Assembly: GCA_964016885.1 (NCBI GenBank)
Contig: OZ024754.1
Coordinates: 16,368,001-16,432,000 of the forward strand
DNA: 64,000 nt
Direction: 5' to 3'
Source: Eledone cirrhosa
Taxonomy: Eukaryota
Under the pieces are notes generated by a model. The model worked only from the letters and a program-made list of their open reading frames with translations, searched no databases and had not been told where the DNA came from. Position 1 is the first letter of the stretch; each line of letters begins with the position of its first letter. The translations under genes were made by a program, and so were the position numbers. This document shows positions 55,301 to 64,000 of the stretch, piece by piece.

Positions 55301-58300
55301 GAGAAATTCCTTTCTATAGGTATATAACTTGGTCAGAGAAAGTCCTTTCTTCAGATTTATCACTTGGTCAGAGTAAATCATTTCTTTAGATTTATAAATG
55401 GGTCAGAGAAAATCCTTTCATTAGGTTTCTAACTTGGTCAGAGAAATTCCTTTCTTTAGGTTTATAAATTAGTCAGAGAAAACCCTTTCTTTAGATTTAT
55501 AACTTGGTCAGAGAAAATCCTTCTCCAGATTTATCACTTGGTCAGAGAAAATCCTTAATTAGATTCATAACTGGGTCAGAGAAAATCCTTTCTTTAGGTT
55601 TATAACTTGGTCAGAGAAAATCCTTTCTTTAGGTTTATAACTTTGTCAGAGAAAATCATCTCTTTAGATCTATAACTCGGTCAGAGAAAATCCATTCTTT
55701 ACGTTTATAACTTGTTCAGAGAAAATCCTTTCTATAGGTTTATAACTTGGTCAGGGAAAATCCTTTCTTCAGATTTATCACTTGGTCAGAGTAAATCATT
55801 TCTTCAGATTTGTATATGGGTCAGAGAAAATCCTTTCATTAGGTTTCTAACTTGGTCAGAGAAATTCCTTTCTTTAGGTTTATAACTTGGTCATAGGAAA
55901 TCCTTTCTTCAGATTTATAACTTGGTCAGAGAAAATCCTTCATCAGATTTATCACTTGGTCAGAGAAAATCATTAATTAGATTCATAACTGGGTCAGAGA
56001 AAATCCTTTCTTTAGGTTTATAACTTGATCAGAGAAAATCCTTTCTTTAGGTTTATAACTTTGTCAGAGAAAATCATTTCTTTAGATTTATAACTTGGTC
56101 AGAGAAAATCCTTTCCTTAGATTTATAACTTGGTCAGAGAAATCCCTTTCTTTAGGTTTATAACTTGGTGAGAAATTCCTTTCTTTACGTTTATAACATG
56201 GTCAGAGAAAATACTTTCTTTATGTTTATAACTTGTTCAGAGAGAATCATTTCTTCAGATTTATAACTTGGTCAAAGAAAATTTTTTCTTTAGATTTATA
56301 ACTTGGTCAGAGAAAACCGTTTTTTAGATTTATAACTTGGTCAGTGAAAATCGTTTCTTTAGGTTTATAACTTGGGGAGAAAATCCTTTCTTTAGGTTTA
56401 TAACTTGGTCAGAGAAAATCCTTTCTTTAGATTTATAACTTGGTGAGAGAAAATCCTTTCTTTAGATTTATAACTTGGTCAGAGATAATTCTTTTTTTAG
56501 GTTTATAACTTGGTGAGATAATCCTTTCTTTAGGTTTATAACTTGGTCAGAGAAAATTCTTTCTTTAGATTTATAACTTGGTCAGAGAAAATCCTTTCAT
56601 TAGGTGTATAACTTGGTGAGAAAATTCTTTCTTTAGATATATAACTTTGTCAGAGAAAATCCTTTTTTTAGAATGTTCAGAGAAAATCGTTTCTCTAGAT
56701 TTATAACTTGGTGAGAAAATCCTTTCTTTAGGTTTATAACTTGGTTTGAAAATCCTTTCTTTAGATTTATAACTTGTTCAGAGAGAAACCTTTCTTCAGA
56801 TTTATAATTTCGTCAGAGAAAATCCTTTATTTAGATTTATAACTTGGTCAGAGAAAATCCTTTCTTCAGGTTTATAACTTGGTCAGAGAAAATCCTTTCT
56901 TTAGGTTTATAACTTCGTCAGAGAAAATCCTTTCTTTAGACTTATAAAATGGTCAGAGAAAATCCATTCGTTAGATTTATAACTTGGTCAGAGAAAATCC
57001 TTTCTTTAGATTTATAACTAGGTCAGAGAAAATCCTTTACTTAGATTTATAACTGGGTCAGTTAAAATCCTGTCTTAGATTCATAACTGGGTCAGTTAAA
57101 ATGCTGTCTTTAGATTCATAACTAGGTCAGAGTAAATCCTTTCTTTAGATTTATAACTTGGTCAGAGAAAATCCTTTCTTTAGATTTATAACTTGGTCAG
57201 AGAAAATCGTTTCTTCAGATTTATAACTTGGTCACAGAAAATCCTTTCTTTAGGTTTATAACTCGGTCAGAGAAAAATCATTCCTTCAGCTTTATAACCT
57301 GATGAGAAAATCCTTTCTTTAGATTTATAATTTTGTCACTGAAAATCCTTTCTTTAGTTTTATAACTTGGTCAGAGAAAACCCTTTTTTTAGATTTATAA
57401 CTTGGTCATAGAAAATCTTCTCTTTAGGTTTATAACTCTGTGAGAAAATCCTTTCTATAGGTATATAACTTGGTCAGAGAAAATCCTTTCTTCAGATTTA
57501 TCACTTGGTCAGAGTAAATCATTTCTTTAGATTTATAAATGGGTCAGAGAAAATCCTTTCATTAGGTTTCTAACTTGGTCAGAGAAATTCCTTTCTTTAG
57601 GTTTATAACTTAGTCAGAGAAAATCCTTTCTTTAGATTTATAACTGGGTCAGAGAAAATCATTTCTTCAGATTTATAACTTAGTCAGAGAAAATCCTTCT
57701 CCAGATTTATCACTTGGTCAGAGAAAATCCTTAATTAGATTCATAACTGGGTCAGAGAAAATCCTTTCTTTAGGTTTATAACTTGATCAGAGAAAATCCT
57801 TTCTTTAGGTTTATAACTTTGTCAGAGAAAATCATCTCTTTAGATCTATAACTCGGTCAGAGAATATCCATTCTTTACGTTTATAACTTGTTCAGAGAAA
57901 ATCCTTTCTATAGGTTTATAATTTGGTCAGAGAAAATCCTTTCTTCAGATTTATCACTTGGTCAGAGTAAATCATTTCTTCAGATTTATCACTTGGTCAG
58001 AGTAAATCATTTCTTCAGATTTGTATATGGGTCAGAGAAAATCCTTTCATTAGGTTTCTAACTTGGTCAGAGAAATTCCTTTCTTTAGGTTTATAACTTG
58101 GTCATAGAAAATCCTTTCTTGAGATTTATAACTTGGTCAGAGAAAATCCTTCTTCAGATTTATCACTTGGTCAGAGAAAATCCTTAATTAGATTCATAAC
58201 TGGGTCAAAGAAAATCCTTTCTTTAGGTTTATAACTTGATCAGAGAAAATCCTTTCTTTAGGTTTATAACTTTGTCAGAGAAAGTCATTTCTTTAGATTT

Positions 58301-61300
58301 ATAACTTGGTCAGAGAAATCCCTTTCTTTAGGTTTATAACTTCGTGAGAAATTCCTTTCTTTACGTTTATAACAAGGTCAGAGAAAATACTTTCTGTATA
58401 TTTATAACTTGTTCAGAGAGAATCATTTCTTCAGATTTATAACTTCGTCAAAGAAAATCCTTTTCTTTAGATTTATAACTTGGTCAGAGGAAACCGTTTT
58501 TTAGATTTATAACTTGGTCAGAGAAAATCCTTTCTTTAGGTTCGTAACTTGGTCAGATAAAATCCTCTTGGTCAGAGAAAATCCTTTCTTCAGATTTATA
58601 ACTTGGTCAGATAAAATCCATTCTTTAGGTTTATAACTTGGTCAGAGAAAATCCTTTCTTTAGATTTACAACTTGGTCAGAGAAAATCCTTTCTTCAGGT
58701 TTATAACTTGGTCAGAGAAAATCCTTTCTTTAGGTTTATAACTTGGTCAGAGGAAATCCTTTCTTTAGATTTATAACTTCGTCAGAGAAAATCCTTTCTT
58801 TAGATTTATAACTTGGTGAGAGCAAATCCTTTTCTTTAGGTTTATAACTTCGTCAGAGAAAATCCTTTCTTTAGGTTCATAACTTGGTCAGATAAAGTCC
58901 TCTTGGTCAGAGAAAATCCTTTCTTTAGATTTATAACTTCGTCAGAGTAAATCCTTTCTTTAGATTTATAACTTGGTCAAAGAAAATCCTTTCTTTAGAC
59001 TTATAACTTGGTCAGAGAAAATCCTTTCTTTAGGTTTATAACTTGGTGAGAAAATCCTTTCTTTAGATTTATAACTTGGTCAGACAAAATCCTTTCTTTA
59101 GGTATATAACTTGGTCCGAGAAAATCCTTTCTTTAGATTTATAACTTGGTCAGAGAAAATCCATTCTTTAGGTTTATAACTTGGTCAGAGAAAATCCTTT
59201 CTTTAGATTTATGACTTGGTCAGAAAAAATCCTTTCTATAGGTTTATAACTTGGTCAGAGAAATCCCTTTCTTTAGGTTTATAACTTGGTGAGAAATTCC
59301 TTTCTTTACGTTTATAATATGGTCAGTGAAAATCCTTTCATTAGGTTTATAACTCTGAGAAAATTCTTTATTTAGATTTATAACTCGGTCAGAGAAAATC
59401 CATTCTTTACGTTTATAACTTGGTCAGAGAAAATCCTTTGTATAGGTTTATAACTTGGTCAGAGAAAATCCTTTCTTCAGATTTAACCCTTGGTAAGAGT
59501 AAATCATTTCTTCAGATTTATATATGGTTCAGAGAAAATCCTTTCATTAGGTTTCTAACTTGGTCAGAGAAATTCCTTTCTTTAGGTTTATAACTTGGAC
59601 ATAGAAAATCCTTTCTTCAGATTTATAACTTGGCAGAGAAAATCCTTCTCCAGATTTATCACTTGGTCAGAGAAAATCCGTAATTACATTCATAACTGGG
59701 TCAGAGAAAATCCTTTCTTCAGGCTTATAACTTCATCAGAGAAAATCCTTTCTTTAGATTTATAACTTGATCAGAGAAAATCCTTTCTTTAGGTTTATAA
59801 CTTGGTCAGAAAAAATCCTTTCTTTAGATTTACAACTTGGTCAGAGAAAATCCTTTCTTCAGGTTTATAACTTGGTCAGAGAAAATCCTTTCTTTAGGTT
59901 TATAACTTGGTCAGAGGAAATCCTTTCTTTAGATTTATAACTTCGTCAGAGAAAATCCTTTCTTTAGATTTATAACTTGGTGAGAGCAAATCCTTTTCTT
60001 TAGGTTTATAACTTCGTCAGAGAAAATCCTTTCTTTAGGTTCATAACTTGGTCAGATAAAATCCTCTTGGTCAGAGAAAATCCTTTCTTTAGATTTATAA
60101 CTTCGTCAGAGTAAATCCTTTCTTTAGATTTATAACTTGGTCAAAGAAAATCCTTTCTTTAGACTTATAACTTGGTCAGAGAAAATCCTTTCTTTAGGTT
60201 TATAACTTGGTGAGAAAATCCTTTCTTTAGATTTATAACTTGGTCAGACAAAATCCTTTCTTTAGGTATATAACTTGGTCCGAGAAAATCCTTTCTTTAG
60301 ATTTATAACTTGGTCAGAGAAAATCCATTCTTTAGGTTTATAACTTGGTCAGAGAAAATCCTTTCTTTAGATTTATGACTTGGTCAGAAAAAATCCTTTC
60401 TATAGGTTTATAACTTGGTCAGAGAAATCCCTTTCTTTAGGTTTATAACTTGGTGAGAAATTCCTTTCTTTACGTTTATAATATGGTCAGTGAAAATCCT
60501 TTCATTAGGTTTATAACTCTGAGAAAATTCTTTATTTAGATTTATAACTCGGTCAGAGAAAATCCATTCTTTACGTTTATAACTTGGTCAGAGAAAATCC
60601 TTTGTATAGGTTTATAACTTGGTCAGAGAAAATCCTTTCTTCAGATTTAACCCTTGGTAAGAGTAAATCATTTCTTCAGATTTATATATGGTTCAGAGAA
60701 AATCCTTTCATTAGGTTTCTAACTTGGTCAGAGAAATTCCTTTCTTTAGGTTTATAACTTGGACATAGAAAATCCTTTCTTCAGATTTATAACTTGGCAG
60801 AGAAAATCCTTCTCCAGATTTATCACTTGGTCAGAGAAAATCCGTAATTAGATTCATAACTGGGTCAGAGAAAATCCTTTCTTCAGGCTTATAACTTCAT
60901 CAGAGAAAATCCTTTCTTTAGATTTATAACTTGATCAGAGAAAATCCTTTCTTTAGGTTTATAACTTGGTCAGAAAAAATCCTTTCTTTAGAATTATAAC
61001 TTGGTCATAGAAAATCCTTTCTTTAGGTTCATAACTTGGTTAGAGAAAATCCTTTATTTAGATTTATAACATGGTCAGAGAAAATCCTTTCTATAGGTTT
61101 ATAACTTGGTCAGAGAAAATCCTTTCTTTAGATTTATAACTTGGTCAGAGAAATCCCTTTCTTTAGGTTTATAACTTGGTGAGAAATTCCTTTCTTTACG
61201 TTTATAACATGGTCAGAGAAAATACTTTATGTTTATAACTTGGTTTAAAATTCCTTTCTTTAGATTTATAACTTGTTCAGAGAGAATCACTTCTTCAGAT

Positions 61301-64000
61301 TTATAACTTCGTCAGAGAAAGTTGTTTCTTTAGATTTATAACTTGGTCAGAGAAAATCCTTTCTTTAGGTTTATAACTTGGTCAGAGAAAATCCTATCTT
61401 TAGGTTTATAACTTGGTCAGAGGAAATCCTTTCTTTAGATAAATAACTTCGTCAGAGAAAATCCTTTCTTTAGATTTATAACATGGTCAGAGAATATCCT
61501 TTCTTTAGATTTATAACTTGGTCAGAGAAAATCCTTTCTTTAGATTTATAACTTGGTGAGAGCAAATCCTTTTCTTTAGGTTTATAAGTTCGTCAGAGAA
61601 AATCCTTTCTTTAGGTTTATAACTTGGTCAGATAAAATCCTCTTGGTCAGAGAAAATCCTTTCCTTAGATTTATAACTTTGTCAGAGAAAATCCTATCTT
61701 TAGATTTGTAACTTGGTCAGAGAAAATCCTTTCTTTAGATTTATAACTTGGTCAGAGAAAATCCTTTCTTCAGATTTATAACTTGGTCAGACAAAATCCT
61801 TTCTTTAGATTTATAACTTGGTCAGAGAAAATCCTTTATTTAGATTTATAACTGGGTCAGTGAAAATCCTGTCTTTAGATTCATAACTAGGTCAGAGTAA
61901 ATCCTTTCTTTAGATTTATAACTTGGTCAACAAAAATCCTTTCTTTAGACTTATAACTTGGTCAGAGAAAATCCTTTCTTTAGATTTATAACTTGGTCAG
62001 AGAAAATCCTTTCTTTAGATTTATAACTTGGTCAGAGAAAATCCTTTCTTTAGATTTATCACTTGGTCAGAGAAAATCCTTTCTTTAGGTTTATAACTTG
62101 GTGAGAAAATCCTTTCTTTAGATTTATAACTTGGTTAGAGAAAGTCCTTTCTTTAGGTATATAACTTGGTCAGAGAAAATCCTTTCTTTAGATTTATAAC
62201 TTCGTCATAGAAAATCCTTTCTTTAGGTTTATAACTTGGTGAGAAAATTCTTTCTTTAGATTTATAACTTGGTCAGAGAAAATCCATTCTTTAGGTTTAT
62301 AACTTGTTCAGAGAAAATCCTTTCTTCAGATTTATAACTTGGTCAGACAAAATCCTTTCTTTAGGTATATAACTTGGTCCGAGAAAATCCTTTCTTTAGA
62401 TTTATAACTCGGTCAGAGAAAATCCATTCTTTACGTTTATAACTTGGTCAGAGAAAATCCTTTCTATAGGTTTATAACTTGGTCAGAGAAAATCCTTTCT
62501 TCAGATTTATCACTTGGTCAGAGTAAATCATTTTTTCAGATTTATATATGGGTCAGAGAAAATCCTTTCATTAGGTTTCTAACTTGGTCAGAGAAATTCC
62601 TTTCTTTAGGTTTATAACTTGGTCATAGAAAATCCTTTCTTCAGCTTTGTAACTTGGTCAGAGAAAATCCTTTCTTTAGATTTATAACTTTGTCAGAGAA
62701 AATCCTTTATTTAGATTTATAACTAGGTCAGAGAAAATCCTTTTCTTAGATTTATAACTGGGTCAGAGAAAATCCTATCTTTAGATTCATAACTAGGTCA
62801 GAGTAAATCCTTTCTTTAGATTTATAACTTGGTCAAAGAAAATCCTTTCTTTAGACTTATAACTTGGTCAGAGAAAATCCTTTCTTCAGATTTATAACTT
62901 CGTCAGAGAAAATCCTTTCTTTAGACTTATAACTTGGTCACAGAAAATCCTTTCTTTAGGTTTATAACTCGGCCAGAGAAAATCATTCCTTTAGCTTTGT
63001 AACCTGATGAGAAAATCCTTTCTTTAGATTTATAACTTGGTCAGAGAAAATCCTTTCTTTAGGTTTATAACTTGGTCAGAGAAAATACTTTCTTTAGATT
63101 TATAACATGGTCAATGAATATCCTTTCTTTAGATTCATAACTTGGTCATGGAAAATCTTCTCTTTAGGTTTATAACTCTGTGAGAAAATCCTTTCTATAG
63201 GTATATAACTTGGTCAGAGAAAATCCTTTCTTCAGATTTATCACTATGTCAGAGTAAATCATTTCCTTAGATTCATAAATGGGTCAGAGAAATTCCTTTC
63301 TTTAGGTTTATAACTTAGTCAGAGAAAATCCTTTCTTTAGATTTATAACTGGGTCAGAGAAAATCCTTTCTTCAGATTTATAACTTGGTCAAAGAAAATC
63401 CTTCTCCAGATTTATCACTTGGTCAGAGAAAATCCTTAATTAGATTCATAACTGGGTCAGAGAACATCCTTTCTTTAGGTTTATAACTTGATCAGAGAAA
63501 ATCCTTTCTTTAGGTTTATAACTTTGTCAGAGAAAATCATCTCTTTAGATCTATAACGTGGTCAGAGAAATCCCTTTCTTTAGTTTTATAACTTGGTTAG
63601 AAATTCCTTTCTTTACGTTTATAATATGGTCAGAGAAAATCCTTTCTTTAGGTTTATAACTCTGTGAGAAAATTCTTTATTTAGATTTATAACTCGGTCA
63701 GAGAAAATCCATTCTTTACGTTTATAACTTGTTCAGAGAAAATCCTTTCTGTAGGTTTATAACTTGGTCAGAGAAAATCCTTTCTTCAGATTTATCACTT
63801 GGTCAGAGTAAATCATTTCTTTAGGTTTATAACTAGGTCAGAGAAAATCCTTTACTTAGATTTATAACTGGGTCAGTTAAAATCCTGTCTTTAGATTCAT
63901 AACTAGGTCAGAGTAAATCCTTTCTTTAGACTTATAACTTGGTCAGAGAAAATCCTTTCTTTAGATTTATAACTTGGTTAGAGTAAATCGTTTCTTCAGA
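46381..64000. repeat. Satellite DNA, 35-bp monomer (33-bp variant), roughly 500 copies, with higher-order structure
   Basis: TAACTTGGTCAGAGAAAATCCTTTCTTTAG(A/G)TTTA; runs off the window end. Confidence 0.98.

Noticed and set aside
46381-64000. CRISPR-like array or coding repeats (ORFs at 48058, 48467, 53218)
   Set aside because: Contiguous monomers with no spacers; the ORFs come from runs of the 33-bp variant

Overview
Eukaryotic, repeat-saturated DNA with no confidently identifiable host gene. The SINE/RTE repertoire suggests a cephalopod (octopus-like) genome; this is inference. Bases 1-22 kb are a G-interrupted (TA)n array carrying many retroelement insertions: a CR1/L2-group LINE fragment, young RTE LINEs with a C4HC3 PHD-like finger inside the RT domain, a 5'-inverted RTE with three C-terminal C2H2 fingers, tRNA-derived SINEs, a Helitron remnant and a segment with a candidate U3-A8 variant minimal hammerhead ribozyme. 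Bases 22-46 kb hold older LINE/SINE/MITE debris and two minisatellites expanded from LINE 3' ends (54 bp and 48 bp units). Bases 46.4-64 kb are a 35/33-bp satellite with higher-order duplications. The long Y/I/M/C-rich ORFs are microsatellite artefacts.
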